The position numbers were made by a program, and so were the translations under genes. Shown one piece after another: positions 37,890 through 48,126 of a stretch of 64,000 nucleotides of DNA. Each line of letters starts with the position of its first letter. The stretch's first letter is position 1. Below the pieces are notes generated by a model. It did not search any database. It was not told where the DNA came from and saw only the letters and a list, made by a program, of their open reading frames with translations. Source of the stretch: Deltaproteobacteria bacterium (GTDB lineage Bacteria; Bdellovibrionota_B; Oligoflexia; Oligoflexales; CAIYRB01); contig VGTI01000001.1 in the NCBI GenBank assembly GCA_016874735.1, positions 276,466 to 340,465 on the forward strand. Direction: 5' to 3'.

Positions 37890-40800
37890 TCAACTAAACA
37901 GGAAGTCCAAATCCTTAGACGACAAATCAGCCAGGACGTTGCCATCCTCGGCAATAATACCTTCCACCAACTGACGCTTGGCTGCTTGGAGCGATAGAAT
38001 CTTCTCCTCGACAGTGCCACGCGCAATGAGTCGGTATGCAAAGACATGATTGACTTGGCCAATGCGGTGCGCCCTGTCGATAGCCTGGGCTTCGCTTGCT
38101 GGGTTCCACCAGGGGTCAAGGATGAAGCAGTAATCCGCCGCAGTCAGGTTAAGGCCGACGCCTCCAGCCTTGAGGCTGATGAGGAAGACCCGAACGTTTG
38201 GATCCGTCTGGAAGCGCTCGACGCGCTCTTTGCGATCCGTAGTCGAGCCATCCAGATACTCGTAGACGATACCTTTGGCATCGAGCCTAGCCTTAACAAT
38301 GGCTAGCATCGACGTGAACTGACTAAAGACCAGAGCCTTGCGTCCGGAGTCCATGACCTCTTGCAGCTCGTCTTCGAGTAGATCTAGCTTGGCACTGGAT
38401 TCCATCGCTCGGGCAGAATCAATAAGACCAGGGTGGCAGGCAAGCTGGCGCAACCGCAGAAGCGCCTCAAGGACGTGCATCCGCGATTTGCCCAGACCCG
38501 CGGACTTGATCTTCTTCTTAAGCGAGTCACGGTAGTGAGCAGCCAGTTCATCGTACTCCCGCTGCTGATCAGGCTCGAGGACACAGTATACGGTGCTCTC
38601 AGTTTTACCTGGAAGTTCTGGGAGCACCTGCTCTTTGGTACGACGCAAGATAAAGGGACGTAGGGCGCGAGCCAGTGTCTCTAGTTTGCCACCGGTCAGT
38701 TTGCCGCTGCCGCTGAAGAGGTCGCCGAATACGGCTGCACTGTCGAGCATGCCGGGATTTAAAAACCGGAAAATGGAGCCGAGTTCGGCAATACGGTTTT
38801 CGACCGGAGTACCTGACATTGCCAGACGACGTTGCGCTTTCAGCGCACGTGCAGCTTTAGCCGACTGTGTCGACTCGTTTTTGATCGCCTGTGCCTCGTC
38901 AAGAATCACGTAATCAAACGACACAGACTGAAGGAGTTCAATGTCACTGCGCATCGTGCCGTAAGACGTAACGATCACGTCATACTTGCGCAGAGTCCGC
39001 GCATCTTTTGGCCTTGATGCACCAACGTGCGCCATGACCTTGAGATCAGGTGTGAAACGTTTAGCCTCGTCCTGCCAGTTATAAATCAAACTAGTAGGAG
39101 CAACGATGAGCGACGGCAACAGATCTTCGTCGCGCTCTTTGGCTGCGAGGCGGCGCTTATGTAAATAGGCTAGTACCTGAACTGTTTTACCTAGACCCAT
39201 GTCGTCGGCAAGGCAGCCGCCAAAGCCAAATTCGTCTAGGAACTCGAGCCAGCCAAGGCCCTGCTTTTGGTAAGGACGGAGCTCACCGATAAACGACGGG
39301 GCTGGATCACGCGCCGTGACGCCGGAGAATGCTGCCAGTTTTTGTCTGTAAGCTGCGAATGATTGGTCGAGACTCGCCTCAGCAGCCTCTGACACCAGCA
39401 CGTCAAGAAAGGCCGCGTGGCTGGTGCGATAACGTAGCTCATCGCCCTGACCGTCCTCGCCCATACGCAGGATGGGATCCAGCTTCTTGAGCCACGACTC
39501 GGGGAGTAAACCCACCGTGCCGTCACCAAGTTGCACACGGTTATCGCCGCGACGCAGAGCATCTAGGAGCCTTGGCAACTCAACTGTGGTGCCACCAAAA
39601 TCAAAACTTGCGCGCAGATCGAGCCAGTCTACGCCAGACTTCACGTCGACATTGAAACTGCGCCCTGCCCGGAGCTTTTTGCCCTCAGCCTCAACCGCCC
39701 AACCATGTGTGTTGAGATCAGCCACTAGCGTCGGCAAATTGGATGCATCGACAAAGACGTCGGCACCAGTCACTGCGCGGCCAGCCGAGGGATGTACACC
39801 AGCATGCTCACAGAGATCCTTAACAAGCTGCTCCTCTTTGACGCGGTCCCGGCGCAGCACGATGCGCGGCGGTGCGGGAGGCTCAGGTTGCTGCGGTGCT
39901 TGTGGCACCTGTGGAGCTTGCGTAGTTGGTGTCTCTAAACCCTGCTCAGCAGCCTGCTCGAAGGGTAGTGTCTGCTCTTGCTGCGCTTGATCAGCGGTAG
40001 CTTGGTCCGTCGGAGTTTGCCCAGCTGGCGCCTCGATCTGATGTTGCCTCTGGCCACGACGACCATGGCGCCTTTGATCATGCGGGCGTTGTGGCATCGG
40101 TGGCGGTGTCGGTGGCGCCTCGTATTCAAACTCGTAATTGGCCATGAGTACCATGGCCTTGTCGGTGATCGGCGTCGCCAAGAATATGAGCTTAGGTTTC
40201 GCTTCGCCAACGACGATGCGCCATCCACTATCGCTCGGCAAATCGAGTTGCGGCGAATTGGCTAAATCAACAAAGGAGCGAAGGAATGCAGCCTGATCGG
40301 CCTTAGGCACCTTAATCGATTGCACCTGCTTCAGGGTGTTGATCCAGCCACAGAGCCGCGGATCTGGCATCGCGATGTGGATGACCCGATCTTTGAAGAT
40401 CACCGTGCCATCGGGGAACGCAGCTAAAATGTCGAGTAGCGGTACCGTGATACGGCCGCGCCTAAACTCACCGCGCACGATCCAGGTCCTGTCCTGTTTG
40501 CGTACGGCTACGGCGAGCCGAAAGATCCACGGATCACGCATATCCCACGATAGGGCGTGGAAGGCATCGAGACCGATGTTGAGCGTGGTTTCAAGTTTGG
40601 CATCATCGATGCCGAGCCAGCCGAAGCGACCAGTCGCCGCCATCATGCTCATGAGTTGAGGGCGCAAACTCTCGGCTACCACAAACGAATGAACGCGCGT
40701 ACGCAGTGGTGCATTCGCTTCGTCCCATGAACCGGCTCGTGCTACTGTCGTGCTCGCAGTGCCAAAAATTTGTGTCAGGACGTCACGATCCGGACCTTCT

Positions 40801-41768
40801 GCAAAACCCTCGAGGGCCTTGACGTCGACTGGAGCTGCGGACAGTTGGACATTTTGCTTATGGTCACCCGTGCTGCCATCAGCCTGCGGAGTCCGGCGGA
40901 ATAAACAAAGTGTTAGTAGACCGCTGCGCCGCGTCGATTCGGCATCGATGATGTAATAAACATCACTTTGTGCGCTTTTGGTAGCAGCTCGCTGACGGGG
41001 TTCGACGAGTTCGCGCTGAGCATGGCCGATGAGCTTCAGCGTCTCGCGCCACGATAATTGGTCACCGTGGCCACGATTTTTATGGGGCTCGGGCTCTTTT
41101 TGCGCAGGTGGTGCCGCGTGACTTGCTGCCGAGAAGGCCCTGATGCGTCCCGAGGCGTCAGGTTCAGCGCTGACCACAGCTCGCATACGGCTGGGATTAG
41201 CCTGCAGAAACTTGGTGTGGAACCCGATCGGATGATCAGTCGGTGCCTTGAACTCACACGCGGCCGTGCCATCTGCCATACACAGTGTCGCCCAAATATG
41301 CTTGCAGTATCCCTTACCTCCGGCAAAGAAGGGGCAGTCACAAAGAGCACTGATGGTGGATCTTTGACGCTGAGCGTCGACCGCCATCTCCAGCGTCACG
41401 TGATATAGGGCACCTTTGCCCTTAACGTCAGCCGTCAAACGCTCCGGTGCGACGTTGGTTAAGACGACGCGCTTTTGGCGGTAGTAGCCCTCGCCGCGCA
41501 CTCTTACCTGATCCTCAATGTCCACCGCGAGAGCTGTTGTCAGCCCGCCGATGCCCCGAGGGGGTCTCATACCATGTACACTAACGTGATTGGGGGAACG
41601 CTTGCCTGAACGGCCACGCCCACGGCGTCCTCGCCTCAAATGGGTAACTCCTACGCGGTCCTGCTCTTGTTGAGGACTTCTTGTTTCTGGTCTTAAACCG
41701 GCGCCTTCAGTAACGGCTTGCAATCCTTGGTGAGGTTGCCTTCGGCGGCACGGTAGCCCTTTGACCAC
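37890..41768 (-). CDS. SWIM-zinc-finger SNF2-family helicase
   Basis: SWIM CDCPFFAGGKGYCKHIW. SNF2_N LRPYQKQGLGWL, DDMGLGKT, DEAQAIKN. Helicase_C LISLKAGGVGLNLTAADYCFILDPWWNP, QAIDRAHRIGQ. Internal P/Q-rich linker. The start is uncertain: an Arg-rich N-terminal extension or ATG 41570. Confidence 0.85.
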   Translation of the reverse strand: MVKGLPCRRRQPHQGLQAVTEGAGLRPETRSPQQEQDRVGVTHLRRGRRGRGRSGKRSPNHVSVHGMRPPRGIGGLTTALAVDIEDQVRVRGEGYYRQKRVVLTNVAPERLTADVKGKGALYHVTLEMAVDAQRQRSTISALCDCPFFAGGKGYCKHIWATLCMADGTAACEFKAPTDHPIGFHTKFLQANPSRMRAVVSAEPDASGRIRAFSAASHAAPPAQKEPEPHKNRGHGDQLSWRETLKLIGHAQRELVEPRQRAATKSAQSDVYYIIDAESTRRSGLLTLCLFRRTPQADGSTGDHKQNVQLSAAPVDVKALEGFAEGPDRDVLTQIFGTASTTVARAGSWDEANAPLRTRVHSFVVAESLRPQLMSMMAATGRFGWLGIDDAKLETTLNIGLDAFHALSWDMRDPWIFRLAVAVRKQDRTWIVRGEFRRGRITVPLLDILAAFPDGTVIFKDRVIHIAMPDPRLCGWINTLKQVQSIKVPKADQAAFLRSFVDLANSPQLDLPSDSGWRIVVGEAKPKLIFLATPITDKAMVLMANYEFEYEAPPTPPPMPQRPHDQRRHGRRGQRQHQIEAPAGQTPTDQATADQAQQEQTLPFEQAAEQGLETPTTQAPQVPQAPQQPEPPAPPRIVLRRDRVKEEQLVKDLCEHAGVHPSAGRAVTGADVFVDASNLPTLVADLNTHGWAVEAEGKKLRAGRSFNVDVKSGVDWLDLRASFDFGGTTVELPRLLDALRRGDNRVQLGDGTVGLLPESWLKKLDPILRMGEDGQGDELRYRTSHAAFLDVLVSEAAEASLDQSFAAYRQKLAAFSGVTARDPAPSFIGELRPYQKQGLGWLEFLDEFGFGGCLADDMGLGKTVQVLAYLHKRRLAAKERDEDLLPSLIVAPTSLIYNWQDEAKRFTPDLKVMAHVGASRPKDARTLRKYDVIVTSYGTMRSDIELLQSVSFDYVILDEAQAIKNESTQSAKAARALKAQRRLAMSGTPVENRIAELGSIFRFLNPGMLDSAAVFGDLFSGSGKLTGGKLETLARALRPFILRRTKEQVLPELPGKTESTVYCVLEPDQQREYDELAAHYRDSLKKKIKSAGLGKSRMHVLEALLRLRQLACHPGLIDSARAMESSAKLDLLEDELQEVMDSGRKALVFSQFTSMLAIVKARLDAKGIVYEYLDGSTTDRKERVERFQTDPNVRVFLISLKAGGVGLNLTAADYCFILDPWWNPASEAQAIDRAHRIGQVNHVFAYRLIARGTVEEKILSLQAAKRQLVEGIIAEDGNVLADLSSKDLDFLFS

Positions 41769-41852
41769 TTCCTACTAGCTTCACAGTTTGTGCGCCGCAA
41801 AGCAAGAGTAGATTTTTGCCTAGAGCCGGTTTTTGGGGTGAGTCATGGTTGC

Positions 41853-42809
41853 CTAGACCTTGTGACAGGCGACGTCGTGTCCTTTCGCAATTTGTCTTAA
41901 GTGCGGTGTCACCTGGCGACACTGCTGGTCAGCTTGTGGACAGCGTGCTGCAAAGCGGCAGCCTGGAGGCGGATTTATGGGACTCGGAAGTTCGCCTTTT
42001 AAGAGTTGTTCCGGGCGACTACGCTCTTTTTGGGGGTCCGCCAAAGGATTTGCCGCCACCAAGGCTTGGGTATAGGGGTGCAGAGGTCTAAAAAACACCT
42101 CGTCCGCCGACCCGAGCTCAACAATTTGACCGAGATACATGACGGCCATGCGTGATGAGATATAGCGCACCATGCTGAGGCCGTGGGCGATGAAAAGGTA
42201 GGTAAGGCCAAGTTCTCGCTGTAGATCTTGCAGGAGCGTCACCACCTGCGCTTGCACGGAGACGTCCAGTGCCGAAATAGGTTCATCGCAGACGACAAAC
42301 CTGGGCTCGAGGGCGAGGGCGCGCGCCAGACCAATACGCTGACGCTGCCCACCGGAAAATTCATGCGGAAAACGAAAAGCATGTTCCGGCAGGAGACCAA
42401 CGCGGTCAAGCCAAGAAGCCACCCTTGCGGCTCGTTCGGCACGTGTCCACAGCCCATGAATGTCGGGGCCCTCAGCAATGATGTCGCCGACCGTCATCCG
42501 GGGATTGAGGCTGGCGTAGGGATCTTGGAAAATCATCTGTGCCTGGCGCGCAAACTGACGTCGCCGCGCCTTGGTCAATCGTCCAGCGACGGACTGGCCG
42601 TCGATCTGAATGTCGCCAGCCGTCGGCTCGTACATCCGCACTAGGACGCGTCCCAATGTAGATTTGCCACACCCGGACTCACCGACCAAACCCAAGGTCT
42701 CGCCTGGATTGATGGTGAAAGATACTCGCTCTACGGCGTGGAGTTGCAGTCCGTGACCAAGGTGAAAGTATTTGCTGACTTCTTTGACTGTTAAAAGTGG
42801 AGCCGTCAT
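41853..42809 (-). CDS. peptide ABC transporter ATP-binding protein (OppF/DppF-type)
   Basis: Walker [10 protein letters not shown], signature FSGGQRQR, and a C-terminal oligopeptide-type Cys extension. Confidence 0.9.
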   Translation of the reverse strand: MTAPLLTVKEVSKYFHLGHGLQLHAVERVSFTINPGETLGLVGESGCGKSTLGRVLVRMYEPTAGDIQIDGQSVAGRLTKARRRQFARQAQMIFQDPYASLNPRMTVGDIIAEGPDIHGLWTRAERAARVASWLDRVGLLPEHAFRFPHEFSGGQRQRIGLARALALEPRFVVCDEPISALDVSVQAQVVTLLQDLQRELGLTYLFIAHGLSMVRYISSRMAVMYLGQIVELGSADEVFFRPLHPYTQALVAANPLADPQKERSRPEQLLKGELPSPINPPPGCRFAARCPQADQQCRQVTPHLRQIAKGHDVACHKV

Positions 42810-43885
42810 CTCTGCACTCCGTCGGCTTGCTGCTGTGTTCCGCCCACCACATACACACCTGCCGCGCGGCGCTGCTCAGTAGCCTGAGGATGCTGCAGCC
42901 AGCACATGGTCCTCGTGCTGCCCGCATGGACCTCCGGTGGTGCGCGCTCTACACAGATGCGCATGACAGCCGGACACCGCGGAGCAAAGGCGCAGCCCAC
43001 GGGCGGACTGAATAGGTCGGGAGGACTACCTGGAATGGGCGTCAATGGCTGATGCGACGAAGTCTCGTCCCTAGGCATAGCTCGCTGCAGCCCAACAGTG
43101 TACGGGTGTTTGGGTTGGTAGAATACGTCGTCGACCTTGCCCTCTTCGATCACCTGGCCGCCGTACATGACGATGACGCGATCGGCCATCTTAGCAACGA
43201 CGCCCAGATCATGTGTGATGAGGATCGTTGCCATGTTGAGGCGGTGGGCGAGATCGCGAATGAGCGAAAGGATCTGAGCCTGAATCGTGACGTCTAGTGC
43301 TGTTGTAGGTTCGTCAGCGATGAGCAATTTAGGATTGCAGGCGAGGGCCATAGCTATCATGACGCGCTGACGCATCCCGCCCGAGAGCTCGTGCGGAAAT
43401 TGCTTCAGCCTTTTTATAGGCTCCGGAATGCGCACGAGTTCTAGGAGCTCCAGCACCCGGTGGCGTCTAGCCTGGGCATCCATCTCCGTATGCAGCAGCA
43501 ATACCTCTGCAATCTGATCGTAAACGGTCATGGTCGGATTGAGACTAACCAGAGGATCCTGAAAAACCATGGCAATTGCGCCGCCAGCGATTTGCCGCAT
43601 CTCCTTGCGACTGATTTGCAAAAGGTCGCGCTGACCAAACACAATCTTGCCAGAGATTACGCGTGCTGGCGGTGTAGGCAAAAGGCCCAGGAGCGACTGC
43701 ACGGTGACTGATTTGCCTGATCCCGATTCGCCGACGATACAGAGTGTTTCGCCCTCGTAAACTTTAAATGAAACATTGCGCACAGCCTTCACCTCACCGC
43801 CATGAACGGTGAAATTAACGCTAAGATCGCGAGTCTCAAGGAGGACCTGAGCACCGGCGCTATCGTGTGATTGAGGCTGACTCAT
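42806..43885 (-). CDS. peptide ABC transporter ATP-binding protein (OppD/DppD-type)
   Basis: Walker A GESGSGKSV and signature LSGGMRQR. ATGA-type overlap with the downstream ATPase gene. Confidence 0.9.
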   Translation of the reverse strand: MSQPQSHDSAGAQVLLETRDLSVNFTVHGGEVKAVRNVSFKVYEGETLCIVGESGSGKSVTVQSLLGLLPTPPARVISGKIVFGQRDLLQISRKEMRQIAGGAIAMVFQDPLVSLNPTMTVYDQIAEVLLLHTEMDAQARRHRVLELLELVRIPEPIKRLKQFPHELSGGMRQRVMIAMALACNPKLLIADEPTTALDVTIQAQILSLIRDLAHRLNMATILITHDLGVVAKMADRVIVMYGGQVIEEGKVDDVFYQPKHPYTVGLQRAMPRDETSSHQPLTPIPGSPPDLFSPPVGCAFAPRCPAVMRICVERAPPEVHAGSTRTMCWLQHPQATEQRRAAGVYVVGGTQQQADGVQR

Positions 43886-43915
43886 CGTTACAGTTCCTCG
43901 TGACAGATTCTCGTC

Positions 43916-45388
43916 CTAATTCCGGCCGCGCAGTTTGGGGTCAAAGGCGTCACGCATCGAATCCCCGAGTAGATAGAAGCAAAGCAAGGTCACACCAAGT
44001 ACCGAGGCCGGTAAGAAAAACTGGACAGGGTTGACCTGCAGGCGCCGCGCCGCATCGAACACGACGTTACCCCACGACGGCGTGGGTTGCTCTAGACCCA
44101 GTCCAAGCATCGAGAGAAATGCCTCCGACGCAATCACGCCAGGTATCCGCGCTGACCACGCGATGATGATGAGACCAAGCAAATTAGGTCCAATGTGGTG
44201 CGTAATAAGGCGTCCCACGGGAGCACCGAGTAGTTTACTCGCTTGAACGAACTCGAGTTCACGCATGCGCAGTACCTCGCCCCTAACAATGCGCGCAAAT
44301 CCAGCCCAACTAAAAGCAGTGAGCGCGATGACGAGGCTCAGCAAGCCCTTGCCGATCGCCACCTGCAAGATGATGAAGATCAAAAGGTCGGGGAAGTTAT
44401 CGACGATCTCGACAATCCGCATACAGACGGTGTCGACACGTCCACCCATGAGACCAGAAAAAGCACCAAACACGAGCCCAATCAAAATACAAAGACTTGG
44501 TACGAGCAGGGCCAGTAGCATGTCAACGCGCGTGCCCTGAATCATCCGTGCTAGGACATCGCGTCCAAGAGCGTCGGTGCCAAATAAATGCGCGCGCCCC
44601 GCAATCGTGCCACCAACCTTGGCCGCAGGATCGATAGCCTGTGCGTCGGTGAGCTTAATCGTGTTTATAAGTTTAGTCTCAATGGTGGCCGCTCTTTGGC
44701 TGTAGTAACGCTCCCCTGTGACAGGATCATCGACAAAGCTGACGATGGAGTACTGATAGACCTCGGATGGATCGAGCCCCAGACCATCATAGTAGGAATA
44801 TTGCGTCGGATCATTGATCTCGATAATACCAAGACCACGCTCCGCCGTGCCGTCGGCAAGATCTTGGAGACTGACCGACTGATCATTCGTTTTGATGACG
44901 CGAAATAGTGCGTATCCAGATACCCCGACTACCGGTTGCCAGACGAGATTGACGCCGTCGACGGTTGCGTCTCCGTCGATGTGCACCGATGGCGGCGCCT
45001 TTAAGTCGCCTGCACTCAGAAGCGGTGCTTGTTGGTCGTAGTTGCGATCTAGACGTTCCTCGGGCACCGGGGCAAAATCATCGACTACTAGAAGGGGCGC
45101 GCTGCGCGTGGGACCTTGGTTGATATCGTGCGGATTCTGCTGATTCTCGTAGGCGACACCGCCAGCGGATTTTGGAAAAAACCACGGGCCAACAATGCCG
45201 GCCAAAGTCACCAAGGTGATCACCACCAGGGAGATCATAGCGAGGCTATTTTGCCTGAGTCTATGGAGTGAGTCCTGCAGATAGGTTAAAGCCGGACGGG
45301 AAATAACCTCTGCTGCAGCGCCGTCCGTCTGGAGCGGCTGCAGGAGTTCAGGCGCTAGCTTTTCCCAAGTGATGTCACTAGTAGTCAC
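43916..45388 (-). CDS. peptide ABC transporter permease (OppC/DppC-type) with a large periplasmic insertion
   Basis: C-terminal half is a canonical permease (HLFGTDALGRDVLARM, EAA-like region). It is 490 aa against roughly 300 as usual, because about 190 aa are inserted between TM1 and TM2. Confidence 0.85.
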   Translation of the reverse strand: MTTSDITWEKLAPELLQPLQTDGAAAEVISRPALTYLQDSLHRLRQNSLAMISLVVITLVTLAGIVGPWFFPKSAGGVAYENQQNPHDINQGPTRSAPLLVVDDFAPVPEERLDRNYDQQAPLLSAGDLKAPPSVHIDGDATVDGVNLVWQPVVGVSGYALFRVIKTNDQSVSLQDLADGTAERGLGIIEINDPTQYSYYDGLGLDPSEVYQYSIVSFVDDPVTGERYYSQRAATIETKLINTIKLTDAQAIDPAAKVGGTIAGRAHLFGTDALGRDVLARMIQGTRVDMLLALLVPSLCILIGLVFGAFSGLMGGRVDTVCMRIVEIVDNFPDLLIFIILQVAIGKGLLSLVIALTAFSWAGFARIVRGEVLRMRELEFVQASKLLGAPVGRLITHHIGPNLLGLIIIAWSARIPGVIASEAFLSMLGLGLEQPTPSWGNVVFDAARRLQVNPVQFFLPASVLGVTLLCFYLLGDSMRDAFDPKLRGRN

Positions 45389-45397
45389 GGCACGCTC

Positions 45398-46369
45398 CTA
45401 ACCAAACCGAATCCGAGGATCGATGAGCCCATAGACCACATCTGTGATCAAGTTGATGACAATAAAAAAGCCCCCGTAAAAGACTGTGAGTCCCATCAGT
45501 ACGTTGTAGTCGTTGTTGCTGATCGAGTTAAAATAGGCGGCACCGAGCCCTGGCACTCCGAAGACGTTCTCGATGAGTAGCGATCCAGAGATAGCGCTCA
45601 CAAAAATGGGCCCAAGCAAAGACACCACCGGCAGGATCGCGTTGCGGAGTTGATGCAGCACTACGATTCGTGGCGTTGAAGCGCCCTTGGCCTTAGCCGT
45701 ACGGACAAACTCGGCAAAAGCCACGTCCACCATCTGACTCCGCATATAGCGCGTCATCAGCGTGATGATGCTGAGACTGAGCGTCGTGCCCGGCAGAATC
45801 ACATCGCGGAATTGCCCCCAGCCCACAGGTCTAAACCAATGCCCGCCATCAATATGAAAATGAGTAAGGGGAAACACCGCAAATAAGTACTGCACGACAT
45901 AAGCGATCAGCGCCGACGGTATAGCTATACCGATGACGCATAGGACCATCGCTGCTCGATCAATCAAAGTATTGCGGTAGAGCGCTGCCAATATCCCTAA
46001 AGTGAGACCAATAGTCGTCCCAAAAACTAGGGCGTAAATCCCGATAGCTGCAGAGGCAGGAAAATTCTCGATGATCATGCGATTGACACTGCGGTCGACC
46101 GTGCGAAAACTTTCGCCAAAATCACCATGGAGAAACATGCGCCGCATCTGGATCGTGTACTGCTCGAAGAGGGGCTTATTCAGACCGTATTTGGCTTCAA
46201 GATTGGCCCGCACAGCTGCCGGGATCTCCTTGGTCCGCGTCAGCGGATCGCCGGGTACAGCCCGCATGAAGACGAAGGTCAACGATGCTAGGGCCCACAA
46301 CGTCAACACGGCCATTGCAAGTCGCTGCCCGACGTAGCGTACGAAACCCCATGATAAAATATGTGTCAT
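45398..46369 (-). CDS. peptide ABC transporter permease (OppB/DppB-type)
   Basis: 6-TM BPD_transp_1-type permease with DFGESF and EFVRTAKAKG motifs. Confidence 0.9.
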   Translation of the reverse strand: MTHILSWGFVRYVGQRLAMAVLTLWALASLTFVFMRAVPGDPLTRTKEIPAAVRANLEAKYGLNKPLFEQYTIQMRRMFLHGDFGESFRTVDRSVNRMIIENFPASAAIGIYALVFGTTIGLTLGILAALYRNTLIDRAAMVLCVIGIAIPSALIAYVVQYLFAVFPLTHFHIDGGHWFRPVGWGQFRDVILPGTTLSLSIITLMTRYMRSQMVDVAFAEFVRTAKAKGASTPRIVVLHQLRNAILPVVSLLGPIFVSAISGSLLIENVFGVPGLGAAYFNSISNNDYNVLMGLTVFYGGFFIVINLITDVVYGLIDPRIRFG

Positions 46370-46386
46370 CGGGTACTCCGCGTCAT

Positions 46387-48057
46387 TTAATGCTTAGTCT
46401 CGGGCTGCCAAACGGCATAGCGAAAGTCTGGGCTAAAACCAAAGCCATTGTGACGAACTTGCTTTAGAGCCTGAGCCACGACAAAGGCGCCACCAGTTTG
46501 GTCTATAGGTACGATCGGACTCTCGTCCCACAGGATGCGTTCCGCCGCGGCAAAAATCGCTACCCGTTGCACGGGATCCGAAGCATGTGCGGCCTTAACG
46601 ATCAGGTCCTCGTACGTCGCGTTGACCCAGCCACCCATGTTGTTGTCGTTGCCCTTGGTAAAGAGGTCCATAAACGTCATGGGATCGCGGTAGTCGGGGC
46701 ACCACCCAGCAAGCGTGATGTCAAAATTGCCGTCGCGTGATTTCTGCAACCGCGTCTTAAACGGTACACTCTCCACCCGGACCTCGGTGTGGAGGATCTT
46801 AGCCAAACTGTTCTGCCAGTATTCCACCAGCTTCTTTGCCAAAGTACCGTCGTCAGCCAGGATGGTAAAACTCGGTGCAGACGCCTTACCGGTAGCCTGC
46901 AAGTAGTCCTGCAGCTTAAGCTGAGAACTTGGATAATCCGCGTCACGGGATTTAAGCGGCGCCTCGCGTCTAAAAGTGAGGCCCTTGCGCGATCCCGGCA
47001 TGTAGTCGGGGATGATGCCGAAGGTTGGCTTGTACCCAGGAACACCGAGAATCTTATTCACGTACTCACTGCGACTGATGCCGTCGCGCACCGCCTGCCG
47101 CAGCCTTTTATCCGTAAAGGGACGGCCAGGACGCACATTGAACGCCAGGTACGAGGTACAGCCGGTGGGGAAGCTCTTAATCTTTAGGCGCGCCGCTAGG
47201 GCCTGCTTAATGATCTCCGGTGACGAAGTCGTCGTGTAGTCGATCCCACCAGTTTGGAAATTATTGAAGTTAGCCTGCGAATCCTTGACCATCGATGGGG
47301 ACTCGATAGCGTTGATTTGAATCCGCGCCGCATCCCAGTACGTGGGGGAGCGCTCAATCCGTAGAGACTGCTCCTTCTGCCACGCGCCTAACATAAACGG
47401 TCCGTTGCCGACGATGCTGGCTGGATCGATCGCAAACTTGTCGCCAAACTTAGCCACGATGTCCTCTCGCAGTGGATAGAACACCTGAAAAGTCGCTAGC
47501 GAATCGAAAAAAGTTACAGGCCGACTCAGCGTGACTTGCAGGGTCTTGTCATCGAGTGCGACGACGCCTAGCTGCTCTTTGGGGAGCTTCTTAGCAATAA
47601 TGGCGCCGGCATTTTTAATCCCTGCCGTGTCGGCAATGAACGAGTACTCGCTAGCATAATTAGGATCGACCAAGCGCCGCCACGAGAAGACAAAGTCCTG
47701 CGCGCGCAGCGGCACACCGTCTTGCCACTTGGCTTTGTCCCGCAGCTTGAACGTCCAAACCGTCTTATCGTCGTTGACACTCATGCTCTCAGCGGCGCCA
47801 GGGATCACGTTACCTACGGCGTCGTAGGACATCAGACCCTCGTAGATGTGACCCAGCCACATCGAACTAATCGTGTCAGCTTGTTTAGTGGGGTCCAAGG
47901 ACGGTGGCTCATCGCCAGCGCTGAAATAAATCTCCTGAGCACTCATACGCTCAGATCGTGATTTCTGACCAGCATAGCCAGGAACGGCACCGAACACGAA
48001 CGCCCACACTACACACCAGGCCGAAAAGCGCCGGCATTGGGTAAATAATCGCAGCAT
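46387..48057 (-). CDS. periplasmic peptide-binding protein (SBP family 5, OppA/DppA-type)
   Basis: Signal peptide. 556 aa with family-5 features (KWQDGVPL..DFVFSW..). Confidence 0.85.
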   Translation of the reverse strand: MLRLFTQCRRFSAWCVVWAFVFGAVPGYAGQKSRSERMSAQEIYFSAGDEPPSLDPTKQADTISSMWLGHIYEGLMSYDAVGNVIPGAAESMSVNDDKTVWTFKLRDKAKWQDGVPLRAQDFVFSWRRLVDPNYASEYSFIADTAGIKNAGAIIAKKLPKEQLGVVALDDKTLQVTLSRPVTFFDSLATFQVFYPLREDIVAKFGDKFAIDPASIVGNGPFMLGAWQKEQSLRIERSPTYWDAARIQINAIESPSMVKDSQANFNNFQTGGIDYTTTSSPEIIKQALAARLKIKSFPTGCTSYLAFNVRPGRPFTDKRLRQAVRDGISRSEYVNKILGVPGYKPTFGIIPDYMPGSRKGLTFRREAPLKSRDADYPSSQLKLQDYLQATGKASAPSFTILADDGTLAKKLVEYWQNSLAKILHTEVRVESVPFKTRLQKSRDGNFDITLAGWCPDYRDPMTFMDLFTKGNDNNMGGWVNATYEDLIVKAAHASDPVQRVAIFAAAERILWDESPIVPIDQTGGAFVVAQALKQVRHNGFGFSPDFRYAVWQPETKH

Positions 48058-48126
48058 GGAGGTACCCTAATTTAGGCAGAATGAAGCCTAAGGCTCTCGC
48101 TTTTTTACGGATAATTACTCAGAAAT

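Noticed and set aside
37823-38119. N-terminal 99 codons of the ORF-track version of the FkbM gene
   Set aside because: They would overlap the 3' end of the SNF2 gene by 230 nt in another frame. Methyltransferase-like sequence starts only after Met-100, which has a plausible RBS.
36923-41768. SNF2 helicase plus methyltransferase as a DISARM/BREX-like defence system
   Set aside because: The methyltransferase is FkbM-type (small-molecule or glycan O-methylation), not a DNA methyltransferase. No DUF1998, PLD, PglZ or other partner genes are present.
20938-41768. Cluster of four helicases (HrpB, HelD-like, RadD-like, SWIM-SNF2) plus Lon as a defence island
   Set aside because: Each resembles a widespread housekeeping ortholog. 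They are interspersed with unrelated core genes and show normal-looking composition.
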